Shown here: positions 23,152 through 35,589 of the stretch, piece after piece
How the letters are laid out: every line of letters begins with the position of its first letter
How positions within the stretch are numbered: the first letter of the stretch is position 1
Assembly (NCBI RefSeq): GCF_006345805.1
Contig: NC_043005.1
Coordinates: forward strand, 35,402,001 to 35,466,000
Length of the DNA: 64,000 bases
Source: Octopus sinensis
Lineage: Eukaryota
Direction of reading: 5' to 3'
The notes under the pieces: model-generated
The model's input: the letters and a program-made list of their open reading frames with translations, nothing else
Database searches by the model: none
Told to the model about the DNA's origin: nothing
Translations under genes and position numbers: made by a program

Positions 23152-23915
23152 AAGAAAGTATGACAAGGAAATAGGCGGGAAGTGAAACTACGAAGGAACG
23201 AAGTTTGGAAGGAGGGAAGGAAAGAAGATTGTAGGAAGGAAACAAAAGCAAGAAGGACGTGAAGTAGAAAGGAAAGAATGAAGTAAGTAAGGTCAAGAAA
23301 TGAAATGAAGGAAGGAAGAATGAAGGTAGGAAGGTAAGAAAGAAGAAAGATGGAAAGAGGGAAGAAAGGAGAATGAAAGAAGGATACCCGTGGGGTGGGT
23401 GGAGGATGGTAGAAGGAAAGAGAGAGGAAAGAATGAGAAGAAAGAATGAATGGGGTGATAAGAAGAATGAAGAAAAGGTGGACGAAAGAAAGAAAGAAGG
23501 AAGAACGAAAGAAACATATAGAGAAGGAAGGAAAAAGAAAGTATGACAAGGAAATAGGCGGGAAGTGAAACTACGAAGGAACGAAGTTTGGAAGGACGGA
23601 AGGAAAGGAGATTGTAGGAAGGAAACAAAAGCAAGAAGGACGTGAAATAGATAGGAAAGAATGAAGTAAGTTAGGAAAGAAATGAAATGAAGAAAGGAAG
23701 AATGAAGGTAGGACGGTAAGAAAGAAGAAAGATGGAAAGAGGGAAGAAAGGAGAATGAAAGAAGGAAGGATACCCGTGGGGTGGGTGAAGGATGGTAGAA
23801 GGAAAGAGAGAGGAAAGAATGAAAAGTGGGGTGATAAGAAGAATGAAGAAAAGGTGGACGAAAGAAAGAAAGAAGGAAAAACGAAAGAAACATATAAAGA
23901 AGGAAGGAAAAAGAA
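23152..23915. repeat. Tandem duplication of a purine-rich unit of about 383 bp
   Basis: AAGAAAGTATGACAAGGAAATAGGCGGGAAGTGAAACTACG at 23152 and 23535. Confidence 0.9.
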
Positions 23916-24312
23916 GGATGGGAAGAAGTAAAGTAAGGAAAGAGTGAAAACAAGAAAGACGAAAGGAAGGATAGACGAAAATAAGAGAGCAATGATGGAA
24001 GGAAGGAAGGAATGGGAGAAAAATGAAGGAAGAAAGAAGAGGTAAAGAAATGTAAGGAAGGGGAGGAAACAGGAAATAGTGTGTGTGTGAGGCAGAGAGA
24101 GAGAAAGAGAAAGAGAGAGAGAAGGATAGAGAGAAAGAGAGAGAGAGGGAAAGAGAGAGAGAGAAAGAGGGAAAGAGAGAGAGAGAAAGAGGGAAAGAGA
24201 GAGAGAGAGGGAAAGAGAGAGAGAGAGGGGGAAAGAGAGAGAGAGAAAGGGTTAGCAATGGAGACAATAGTGAATGAAGCAAGTGATGATAATGAGAATT
24301 TAACAATCAAAG

Positions 24313-24352
<40 letters not shown>

Positions 24353-24422
24353 GTGTGTGTGTAAGGCTTTGTAGTTGACATACAAATATGTCAAACTTAG
24401 CTCTTTCCATTTAGATCGAAAA

Positions 24423-24467
24423 AGACGTATCGATTTTCAACCCTTATTGTGGTCTCATCAGCGGTCT
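24423..24467 (-). ncRNA. Hammerhead-like motif (family H5), slightly mutated
   Basis: Minus strand AGACCG-CTGATGA-GACC ACAATAAG GGTT-GAAAA-TCGA-TA-CGTCT. One extra A in GAAA and one bulge in stem I. Confidence 0.55.
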
Positions 24468-24639
24468 CACTATACAGATCCCTGAGAAACGCGTAGCCAT
24501 TCTATTTATGTCTGCACAACGAATCAAGTAGTTCCGGTTCTCAGGAACCATTAATTTACATACCGTAAGTATTTAGCGTTAAACGTTTAACATTTTATTT
24601 TAAGAGCGTCGGGGAACCCAGTCCATACAGTTTCAAGGT

Positions 24640-24853
24640 ATTTTTAACTTGTTTCATCCATTAGACTATGGCCATGCTGGAGTGTTGAATGAATCAACCC
24701 CAGTATTTATTTTTTTAAAGCCTGGAACTTATTCTAATGGTCTCTTTTGCCGAACCGCTCAGTTACAGGGGCGTAAACACACCAACACCAGTTGTCAAGA
24801 GATGCTGGCGGACAAATACAGACACGCGCGCGCGCATACATACACACACACAC

Positions 24854-24905
<52 letters not shown>

Positions 24906-25058
24906 GACGGGCTTATTTCAGTTTCCATCTACCAAATCCAGTCAGAAGATTTTGGTCGGTCCGAGACTATAGTAGAAGACACTTACACAAGGTGCTACGC
25001 AGTGGGACTGAACCCAGAACCATATGGTCGGGAAGCAAACTACTTACCACACAGCCAC
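24640..25058 (-). mobile_element. SINE family B copy
   Basis: Both modules and the internal microsatellite, reverse complement. Confidence 0.85.
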
Positions 25059-25271
25059 GACTGTTGTTGGATTGTGTCGGCAGAATATCTACCATTTAGC
25101 AAAATCGACGAAAAGATTACAAAGAACTTGCTGAGAGGAGCGAAAAGTCCAACGGTTCGGACAGAGTCCTTCAGGGAAAAGTAGACAGGAATGAAATTCG
25201 CACGTCGTTTTGAAGAAGTGAAGATGTGAAGAATATTACGAGGATATATATATATGTATGTATGTATACAT

Positions 25272-25332
<61 letters not shown>

Positions 25333-25682
25333 CGCCTGAGTTAACTAGCGACAGCTGATGACGGTGGATTTTTCCTTGTGTAGCTTGTCCTGTACTTGTT
25401 TTCTTGTAAAAAAATTTTTGGATTTTTCCTTGTGTAGCCTGTCCTGTACTTGTTAAATTATTGTTTTTCCCGTTTCTACGTCTTGTTGTGGCGTCCTGTA
25501 CTTACGTATATTTATTTATATATGCATGTATATATACATGTAGATGTAGGTACGTACATATATGTTTGTATGTATGCATATATTTTTAATTATCACATTA
25601 TTGTCTGACAGCGCCCCGCGTCAGGTTCGTTTCGATTTGTCGGTTCGTTCCACTTCTTGTCTCCATTCAATTTATATATATA

Positions 25683-25766
<84 letters not shown>

Positions 25767-26019
25767 TAGGTTGAGTACAGTTACTTTTTTCTTTTTTTTT
25801 GAACAAGTCGCATTTTCAAGTGGCCGCAACTGATGTGCATCCTACTACTTTGAGTGAGGGATCTTTGCTTCATTCCCATTAAATTTTGTCATTTTGTTTG
25901 AGTCAGTCTCTGGTATCCGATAATTATTAGACTTTTGAATTGCTGCTTTCACCCTTAATTCTTCTTTGCTTTTCTCTTCCTCTTCCTCAAGCCCTTCTAC
26001 TCTGTTTTACTGATTCCTA

Positions 26020-26082
<63 letters not shown>

Positions 26083-26108
26083 CATTATTATTATCATTAT
26101 TATTATTA

Positions 26109-26320
26109 AGGCGGTGAGTCGGCAGAATCATCAGCAAGCCGGGCGTTTTGTATAATGGTATTCTTAGAGTTCAAATTCTGCCGAGGTCGACTTTGCCTTT
26201 CATCTTTTCGGGGTCGATAAATTAAGTACCAGTAAAACACTGAGGTCGATGTAATTGACTAGTCCCGTCCCCACAAATTTTAGGCCCTGTGTCGTCAGTA
26301 GAAAGGATTATTATTATTAT
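26109..26320 (+). mobile_element. SINE family A copy inside (ATT)n
   Basis: Preceded by (ATT)n at 26020-26108 and ends in (ATT)n. Confidence 0.85.
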
Positions 26321-26324
26321 TGAT

Positions 26325-26731
26325 TACTCTCTTTTACTTGTTTCACTCATTTGACTGCGGCCATGCTGGAGCACCGCCTTTAATCGAGCAACTCGACCCC
26401 GGGACTTATTCTTTTGTAAGCCCAGTACTTATTCTATCGGTCTCTTTTGCCGAACCGCTAAGTAACGGGGACATAAACACACCAGCATCGGTTGTCAAGC
26501 AATGCTATGGGGACAAACACAGACACACAAACATACACGCACACGCACACGCACACACACACACATATATATATATACATATATACGACGGGCTTCTTTC
26601 AGTTTCCGTCTACCAAATCCACTCACAAGGCTTTGGTCGGCCCGAGGCTATAGTAGAAGACACTTGCCCAAGTGGGACTGAACCCGGAATCATGTGGTTG
26701 ATAGACAAGCTACTTTACCACACAGCCACTC
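26325..26731 (-). mobile_element. SINE family B copy, tail-to-tail with the family A copy
   Basis: Near full-length reverse complement of 17243-17640. Confidence 0.9.
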
Positions 26732-27661
26732 TGATGATGATGATGATATGAACCGAATCTACACAATTCTGTCATTAGAAGTACTTGTCCATACATAACT
26801 CAAGGAGTTTTCGTCCTGTCTAGCTTTTAAAAAGGTAGACTTCCTGGTGTTACTTTTGCTATTAAAAATACACTGCCTCACTGATAAATTTTGGTTTAAT
26901 TGGATTAGAACAGATCTATATTGTAATCGCTCAGCCTGTCAGAAATAGATGTTAGCTTTCCCTCAAGCCCCACGCCAGCGTGTTAAACAAGAAAGAATAT
27001 GTTGGTTAACAGATTTCAATGCTACAAATCAAGTGGGGAAAGCCATGGCTGGTGTGATGTTGCTGATATCTTGTAATCAGAACCCGAGTCGTAGTCTTAT
27101 CCCGGGTTTGCCCGAAAATCACCTTCGATTGTCTGGCGTTTGCCAAGAACCAAAGACAACAGAAAAAAAAAAGAGAAAGGCGTAAGTAAGAAAGTAACAG
27201 ACCGACCGGATGTAACATAACAAACTAAAACGGAAATGTCTCTTAACCTTTAATGGATTGTTAAGACATCACCGGAGCGTGTGACAAACAACAACGATCA
27301 TATAAGAGTTTACTGTTGCATCACACACATACGCATACGCGTGCGCACAAACAGACACACTGACCGATATATATATATATATATATAGCAACAAATTGAG
27401 GAACGGCTATAATAGGCCGTTCGACCCACTAGAAAAAGCAGCCAGGGCTCCAACCGCAAATAGTAGTAATTCCGGAATCAGATGAAAAATTAAAAAACAT
27501 TTACCCTATTCATCTTTAGACAATGCATTGTTTCAGCGTTTTTTAATGGTAAACCTCAATTTGTTGCTGAATTTATTAATAGTCTCTGACTATTTCCTCT
27601 TTCTCACTAGACCGCTGGTGGCAAAATAATTCCTATTGAATTTTTTGCTACCCTAATACTG

Positions 27662-27727
<66 letters not shown>

Positions 27728-29042
27728 TACACAAACAGCTGTTGTATACAAACTTTGCTGTGGTAATATTTTATATATATGTATGTATGTATGTATACAC
27801 ACACACACAGACACACACACACCCATATCAGAACCCCATTTATTTTGCATTTACAGTGTGTTAACGTTTTATTAACTCTTTTGACAAAATACTTATAGCT
27901 TTTATCGGTGTAGAAACATTTATCTCTTTAATAAATATCAACGAATAAACGCGATTGCAACCATTTTATCATGGCTGCTTTCGGCGTTGATAACGTTGTT
28001 GCTATTTGTTGATGTTTAGACCGAAGTCGAACCTAACTCAGCGAATTCATGTTCAATGGTGTTCCTTCTATCCGTGACCATCCCTCCTTTTTTATCAGAC
28101 ATATTGTGTGTCACTGTCTGTTTGTCTCTCTCTCTACCTCTGCCTGTCTCTTTTTCTCTCTTTCTCTGTCTTCCTCTCTCTCTCTCCCTCCTTCTCCCTC
28201 TCTGTTTCCCCACGAACACCAAACGACGATTCACCCAGCTGCCTCCCAACCAAACATTCGACACTTTATATAACTGATATAACTATCTTATCTATTATTT
28301 TTCTTACCCAGTTTCTTCTTAAACGCCTGGTCTCGTGCTGCCTAACAATAACCACACAACTGTTCCTTTCTTTACATAACCTTTCTTTAACTTGTATTAT
28401 TTTTTTCTTTCTTCCTTTTTCTACTTTCTATCTTCTGTTTCTTTTTTTCCTTCTTTTTCTCCATATATTTTCATCGTTGTTCTTTTATATTGTGACGACG
28501 ACTACAACTGTGTGCAACGATTTGTTTATATAACATGCTTTGCACCATTCTTTCATGTCCTCTTCATTCACTTCAAGTTCTTCATTATTTTTCATCATAT
28601 TTTTTTCATCAATGCCTCTTTTAACGTTCATATTTATTTATCTGTTGATACAAACCTAACCTTTGTCGCTCAGAGTCCTACAATTACTTCGAAGGATCTT
28701 TTTTTTATCATCCTTGACCTTTATTTTCGCTTCTACATTTATTCGTAATCTACATAAGCTTCTATAACTATAGAATTCGGTGTATTGTAAGCATTTCCTT
28801 AGCTACCTGTCAATTTTTTTTGATATTTTTATTCCCCTCCCTATTTTCTCGATCATTCCACCACCAGATGTAATAACAAAAAGGGTGCCCCATTTTTTGC
28901 AAACACCTTATTTTATTACTTTCTTACGTCGATATAAGACTTTATAAAAGATAGTAAAAAGCACGATGTTACATTCATGCCTTTCTCATGGAAATTTTCG
29001 GTGTAAATAAAATTAATTGCTTACAATACTAATTACTAGGGT

Positions 29043-29232
29043 AAGGCGGCGAGCTGGCTGAATATTAAGCGGCATTTCATTTGTCTGTACGTTCTGAGTT
29101 CAAATTCTGTCAAGGTCAGTTTTGCCTTTCATCCTTTCGGGGTCGATAAAATGAGTACCAGTACTGTAGTCGACCAGTGCTGTAGTCGACTTCAATCCCT
29201 TCCCCGAAATTGCTAGCCTTGTGCCAAAATTT
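29043..29232 (+). mobile_element. SINE family A copy
   Basis: AAGGCGGCGAGCTGGC..CCTTTCATCCTTTCGGGGTCGATAAAATGAGTACCAG. Confidence 0.8.
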
Positions 29233-30175
29233 GTCAGATAAAGTTGTTCCTCCCCCTCCATTTATTTAACCCTTTCTGATGTTATTTTAATTGACACGAA
29301 AATATTTTTAACGTAGTGTTTTACCTTTTTTTTTTAGCTCTATACTTCTTCTATAACACTTGCTTATCATTTTAGAAATTTGAATAAATTTTACCTCTTT
29401 TCATACGACGATAGATCGCCAAGTAGAAAAAAAAAAAACGAAGGAACTTGTCTGACAAATCAAAAGAAACCGGCCTCTATTATCCTCCTCCAATGTAATA
29501 TTTAAGAATATTTTTCTTATATAAAATATTCTTTTCACATCGCATTCCTCATTCCTTTTTCCTTTGGACAAATTACTTCACAATGAATCTCAACATTTCT
29601 AGTTTTCATGCTTCACTAATTTCTGCAATTACTCTCATGTTCATCATGAAATTCTTTGAGTCCTTTGTTTGTTTAAATTCCTATCTTGATGAGTTCTTTT
29701 CTATTTGCTTAATTATATTCCAATATAATTCAATGTCTTCATGTAACATTCCAGAATTTGTGTCATTAACTCGATTCATCTGTGTTCAGTGTTTCAGATA
29801 TATATATATGTCCATACACATATGTATGTACACACACACACACACGTCTTTAAATCGCTAAAAGTAAGGACCTGACATTCTTTAGTCATTCTTTATTTCC
29901 GTTTTACATCAGCATTTGTCCAACTTTCTGTTCACTTTCAGTTTGATGAGTTACTGCTGTATTGCATAATCCAAACTAGCATCTCAGAAAAGGATTCTGG
30001 GAATAAAAATCACGGTATTCCTTGAGATAAGGCGTCAAACTAATTAACTGAATAAAAAATTTATTCTTTAAAAAATTGGTATTCGCCATTTTCAAAAGAA
30101 TAGATTACATACACACACACAAAACCAGTCACCATGCCTGATTGCTAAATCCACAAGTTTTTTATTCTCAATTTT

Positions 30176-30330
30176 GAGGTGGCCTCGTGATTAGAGTGTT
30201 GGATTCACAATCATAAAGTCGTGGGTTGGGTTCCTAGATCGGTCGGAGTGTTGTGTCTTTAAGCAAGGCACATCATTTGATACTGCTCAAGTGTACTCAG
30301 CTGACAATGAGCACATGCTAAATACCAGTG
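30176..30330 (+). mobile_element. Old SINE head of family C/D type
   Basis: GTGGCCTCGTGATTAGAGTG..GGTTGGGTTCC..TTTAAGCAAGGCAC..ACTCAGCTG. Confidence 0.6.
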
Positions 30331-31300
30331 GAGCCGTCTTCCTCTAATGGTCGCATCTTCGATGCTTCCTCCGAGAGGAAGGGAGCCGAGAGGGTGTCCA
30401 TACCTGATTGTGACTGCATAGGTATCTAAAATAGTAAGCGAAAGTATGATACGAAGTTACCAGATCAAACTCGCTTGCGAGTGACGGCTAAGATTAAGTA
30501 GTGATGGCTAGAAACGACTGGCTATATGCTTTTCTTACGATTGGCTATATGCTTTTCAGGATGTTGTTTTTCGTCTCTACATCCTGAGTTCAAATCTTAC
30601 CTGCTCGAAAACTGTCCTTCATTCTTCTGGGACTGATGAAGTAAGTATATATGTGATATTCATAGCTGTTCTGTCGACTATACATCACACAAAATGTTGA
30701 TTAAAGTTAAACTATGTAATTAATATCATTCAAATTCTGCTGAGGCCGAAGTTGCCTTTCATCCTTTCGGGGTCGATAAAATAAATACCAGTTGATGGCT
30801 GGGGATGATGCAATCGACTTCCATCCATCCTCAAAAGGTCTGTAGATTGGCGGAATCAATAGACTTACAGCTTTTAGAAATTCCTTTATAGCATTTAATT
30901 TCGTTTTTGGATTCAGTTCCCGCCGAGGCTAACAATACCTATTTTCCTTTTGGGAGTGATAAAAATCAATCGTCTTTCAAATACTAGGTCTGTTTAAATG
31001 ATAATAAGACATCCCAAATTTGGAAGTTCTTGTACCTAAGCTAGAAATCAATATAATCTAATTAACTTCCGAGATATATCGGATCTACATGTATAGTGAT
31101 CCGATATCACCATACATGTAGTGTATAGTGACATACACTACATGTATATAGATAATATTTGCTTACCATAGGTTTTTAAAGACAAGCTGTTTAATAATTT
31201 AGAGGCTTAGATTTATTTTAATAGAATATATATTTCTTTTAGTGTGTCTATCATAAATAGGAGAGGTAAGAAAAGAAAATAGAGAAAAGGAAAAAACATA

Positions 31301-31366
31301 TGGCGCAGTGATTAAGAGCGCAGGCAACTAACCCCAAGATTCCGAGTTCGATTCCAGGCAGTGACT

Positions 31367-31424
<58 letters not shown>

Positions 31425-31632
31425 TAATAATAATAATAATGATAATAACATCGAAAAATACCTTAGGAATGAGAACCCAGGTTCGAAATTTCCCCAAGAC
31501 ACCTGATGAAGGCTGGAGGGTATATCAGCCGAAACGTTGTGTTAACAACAAACAAGATGAGGACAAATACCCGTCAAATGTAAATACTGTAAATGATATA
31601 CATAATCCCTCTTCTCTTAAATATAGAACCGT
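31301..31632 (+). mobile_element. tRNA-headed element with (AAT)n spacer and hammerhead-containing tail
   Basis: A-box TGGCGCAGTGA (31301), B-box GAGTTCGATTCC (31344-31355), (AAT)n 31369-31448, then hammerhead at 31499-31542. Confidence 0.75.
31499..31542 (+). ncRNA. Minimal type I hammerhead ribozyme motif
   Basis: ACAC-CTGATGA-A-GGCTG GAGGGTATAT CAGCC-GAAA-CG-TT-GTGT. Canonical core, perfect stems I and II, GUU triplet. Confidence 0.85.
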
Positions 31633-31930
31633 ATTACCTTTAAATCCAATTACAACACTGGCAAAAATTTAAGTTCTTTGATTTCATTGATAAAATTATC
31701 TGATAATAACGCCATTGATAAAACAAATGATAAAAATATTATAAAGGCGTTACCGATTAGTGATATCCCTATTTTGATAATTAGCATTTCCTGGTTTCTC
31801 TATTTTACCATATTCGCTTTCGAATCTGCCGTAACGTATTGAGAATGAATATGTATGCCATGGTCTTGATTCTTGTTGCTCACTGCACACATAACGAATT
31901 ATTATGGGTTGACGTATAAGAATGAATATA

Positions 31931-32811
31931 CACGGTGCGGTGAATAAGCTGTCGTCTAAATTACTCATAAATAAAAATAACACTGACATCTCATTTTAAC
32001 AGATATATTTACCAAAATTGCATAAAAATATCTTGAAATACTAAAGAGTAAATTCGTTCAATAAAATCGCTATTGGAACCACAGCCTCCTGACGACTTCG
32101 GAATCTCCTGCAATTCTTCTGGGCGGTTTCCTTGTTTAAGTCGGTGAATGCTGCCATAATCCGTGCCTTCAGTTCATCTTTGGTGTTACAAGGAGTTTTG
32201 TTGGTCTCTCGCTAAATAGTGCCCCCTACACAATAATTAAGAGGGTTACAGCCTAGAGAGTTAGGTGGCCAAATGTTAGGGGTGATGTGGTCGCAGAAAT
32301 TGTCTGATAGCCATGACTGGGTACTCTTGCTTGTGTGACATGGTGCAGAGTCTTGTTGCGAGAAATAGAGTCTAGCAGCAGCTACCCTCTTGGCCCAGAG
32401 CTGTACTACATCCTCCAGTTACCTGATGTAGCCCTCCGTGTTGAGTATGAGGCCGTGTGGGAAGATAAATGGAGTCATAACGTTTTTATCACTAGTGATC
32501 ACTCCAAACACTATGATATGACTGGATGTTTGATTTTTATCCCTCTCAGTACATGTCCTCACTTTGCACTGTCCTCAGAGTGACACCCAAACACTCTGAA
32601 ATATTTGTATTGGAGCTCCCAGCGCATATGCTAAGCAGTACAGCATGTCGTTTCCAAATTTCTGGCAGAGTGAATTGCGTCATACTGTTTTTCTCACAGA
32701 CGGTCCCCAACTGCCCCTTCTATACTGTGTAGTCGACAAAATCAAAAGCAAACAATATACATGCACGAAATAAAAAATATAAAATGGCGACAATTTACCC
32801 ATCGCACCCTG
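31931..32811 (-). mobile_element. Internally deleted maT (DD37D) Tc1/mariner element
   Basis: Minus-strand translation QQDSAPCHTSK..WPPNSLGCNPLNY..KTPCNTKDELKARI, and N-terminus MTQFTLPEIWKRHAV (ATG at 32683). Imperfect TIRs CACGGTGCGGTG../..CATCGCACCCTG, each flanked by TA. Confidence 0.8.
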
Positions 32812-33070
32812 TATATGTCTTCGTTTATAGTTTCTTTTACCATATAACTTTCTTTTAGATGAAGCCTTAAATATTGTCAAAAGAGGCAGAAACGCCGACC
32901 AAGAACAATTTGTGTAATATAGATAGAAAGTGGTCAACTTTCTTCTTGTATTTTATTTCTAAATACTGTTGTATTAGTAGGAAATTTCTCTGCTATGTTG
33001 TTTGTTCCTTCCAATTCTTTTCTATTCGCCTCGAAAACATTTCCAGTTTTTCATTTAGTTTTTCTTTAGA

Positions 33071-33397
33071 ATTTTGCTCCTTTTCCATCTATCTTTAAAA
33101 GAAAATATTTCCTATATTTGTATATCTATTATATCACGTATCGAGTAAACACGAAATTCGTTTGTCGAAATCAGCTGTATTTTCAATTAGCAATCTCTCA
33201 AATTTATGTTTTTTTCATGTCACAAAATTTTCTTCAAAATCTACAACAGAAAAATTGGTAAGCCAGGGATCATTCTCATATAATTTTCGGTTCCCTTCGT
33301 GATCATTCCTAGTACTCCTACGATCACTGGTATTGTAACCGCCTTGAGATGCCACATTTTCTCAATTTCAATGAGCAGGTCTTTATATTTTCTGAGC

Positions 33398-33454
<57 letters not shown>

Positions 33455-33793
33455 TATTATTATTATTATTATTTTGCTCCTTTTCCATCTATCTTTAAAA
33501 GAAAATATTTCCTATATTTGTATAGCTATTATATCACGTATCGAGTAAACACGAAATTCGTTTGTCGAAATCAGCTATATTTTCAATTAGCAATCTCTCA
33601 ATTTGTGTTTTTTTCATGTCACAAAATTTTCTTCAAAATCTACAACAGAAAAATTGGTAAGCAGGGATCATTCTCATATAATTTTGGTTCCCTTCGTGAT
33701 CATTCCTAGTACTCTACGATCACTGGTATTGTAACCGCCTTGAGATGCCACATTTTCTCAATTTCAATGAGCAGGTCTTTTATTTTTCTGAGC

Positions 33794-33855
<62 letters not shown>

Positions 33856-34048
33856 ATTATTATTTTGCTCCTTTTCCATCTATCTTTAAAAGAAAATATT
33901 TCCTATATTTGTATAGCTATTATATCACGTATCGAGTAAACACGAAATTCGTTTGTCGAAATCAGCTATATTTTCAATTAGCAATCTCTCAAATTTGTGT
34001 TTTTTTCATGTCACAAAATTTTCTTCAAAATCTACAACAGAAAAATTG
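33071..34048. repeat. A-B-A-B-A tandem repeat (period about 400/391 bp)
   Basis: ATTTTGCTCCTTTTCCATCTATC at 33071, 33471 and 33862. B is a LINE fragment plus (TTA)n. Confidence 0.95.
33256..33405 (-). pseudogene. RLE-domain fragment of an R4/Dong-like LINE (second copy at about 33655-33797)
   Basis: Minus strand KLRKYKDLLIEIEKMWHLKAVTIPVIVGVLGMITKGTENYMRMIPG, with its 5' end joined to (TAA)n. Confidence 0.8.
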
Positions 34049-34248
34049 TTTCAAACACGTAATCTTCGATGTCTCCACTAATATTTTTACTGTTCCCACC
34101 GTCATCTTATTATTTTTTTTATCGTTGTTTCATAAAAGTAGATGGAAATTTAAAATTTTTCTTTTTTTTCAGTATATCTGGCAATAGTTGAAACGACTGT
34201 GACTTTACCAACTTTTCATCGTTTAACTTCATCTTCGCTTTTGCTGCC

Positions 34249-34302
<54 letters not shown>

Positions 34303-34464
34303 ATTAGTAGTAGTAGTAGTAGTAGTAGCAGTATCCAGTTCACGTCTTGAGTTCAGAGGTCAACTGAATCCTTTCGGGGTCAATTAAAATGAGTACCAGT
34401 CAAGTTCTGGGTTCGTTGTAATCGACTTCTCACAGCTTGCTGACCAAAATTTGAAGCAATTACT

Positions 34465-34524
<60 letters not shown>

Positions 34525-34566
34525 GTCATCATCATCATCATCTTCATCATTATTATTACTATCAAG

Positions 34567-34765
34567 AAGGCGAGGTGGAAGATTCCTTAAGTGCGTCGGA
34601 GAAAATGCGTTAGTAACATTTTACTGGCTTTATGTCTTGAGTTCAAACCACGGCGAGATGAACTTTCGGGTCGATGAAATAAAGTATCAGTCAAGTGTTG
34701 GGGTCGGTGAAATCGACAATGCCCTCTCCTCTTACGCTTATTGGTCTTGTAACATTTATAATTAT
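34567..34765 (+). mobile_element. Old SINE family A copy after (CAT)n
   Basis: AAGGCGAGGTGG..GAGTTCAAACC..TTTCGGGTCGATGAAATAAAGTATCAG. Confidence 0.7.
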
Positions 34766-35589
34766 TGTCGCGGAGAGTGTTGTTTGTAGTGGAAGTAGTG
34801 GCAGCAGTTATTGTAGTAGTAGTAGTAGTGGTAGTAGTAGTAGTAGTTGTTGTAGTAGTAGTAGTGGTAGTGGTGGTAGTGGTGGTGGTTGTTGTTGTTG
34901 TTGTTGTTGTAAGTTAGCACGAGATTTGTCTCTACTTTGTTCAGAGAATTTTGAATTTCTTACGAAGTACAAACGAAAGATTTATTCTTTGATAATTTTT
35001 ATCGGGTACCTTCTGGGAGGTGTTAGGAATGCCCAACCCGAACCGAGGGAGTCATAACGTCTGTCAGTTTTGGAGAATATTTTTTTTTCCTGCTTTTGTT
35101 TACATCCAGCACAAAGTGCCCTCTCAGCAGAAAACCGCCCCTAAAACATTAGAATATAATAAATATAATAAGTCATCACAAAAAATTGTTAAATAAAAAT
35201 AAGAACAAATTTAATTTCACGGCAAGTCCGACGCATTATAGACGAAAATTTCACGATATTTAAACAATTACAAACGTTGATTTGAACGATACTGTTAACA
35301 AAACAATAACGACCAAGTTTTGCCGAATGACAAGAAACAAAAGTATTGTTTTGAACAACACAGGCATTTTGCTATGTTGTTAGTATCATTGAGAAATTGA
35401 AGATGAGTAACCTGCAGAGATATTTTACAAAGAAAACGCTTCATCACCTGAAATCTTCATCTATGAGTGTGCAAGAAGAAAGAAAGGGATAGGGTTAATG
35501 GGACCTAATTTCAAACATGAAAACGTGCCGAAAAAGCAGGTAACGCAGGCGTCTCATACATCCACCTTTAGACCACAATAAACTTGTAG

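Noticed and set aside
23141-24394. 417-aa Phe/Leu/Ser-rich ORF resembling a membrane protein
   Set aside because: Stop-free polypyrimidine strand of a low-complexity duplicated tract.
25355-25460. CTGATGA followed by a duplicated segment of about 35 bp
   Set aside because: No GAAA/UH or stem I partner, so not a hammerhead.
26949-27187. 78-aa ORF ending near a GTAAGT donor
   Set aside because: Weak acceptor, no homology, and a poly-A-derived Lys run.
33071-34048. Repeat-spacer pattern suggestive of CRISPR
   Set aside because: Units are about 400 bp and the spacers are identical; eukaryotic context with no cas genes.
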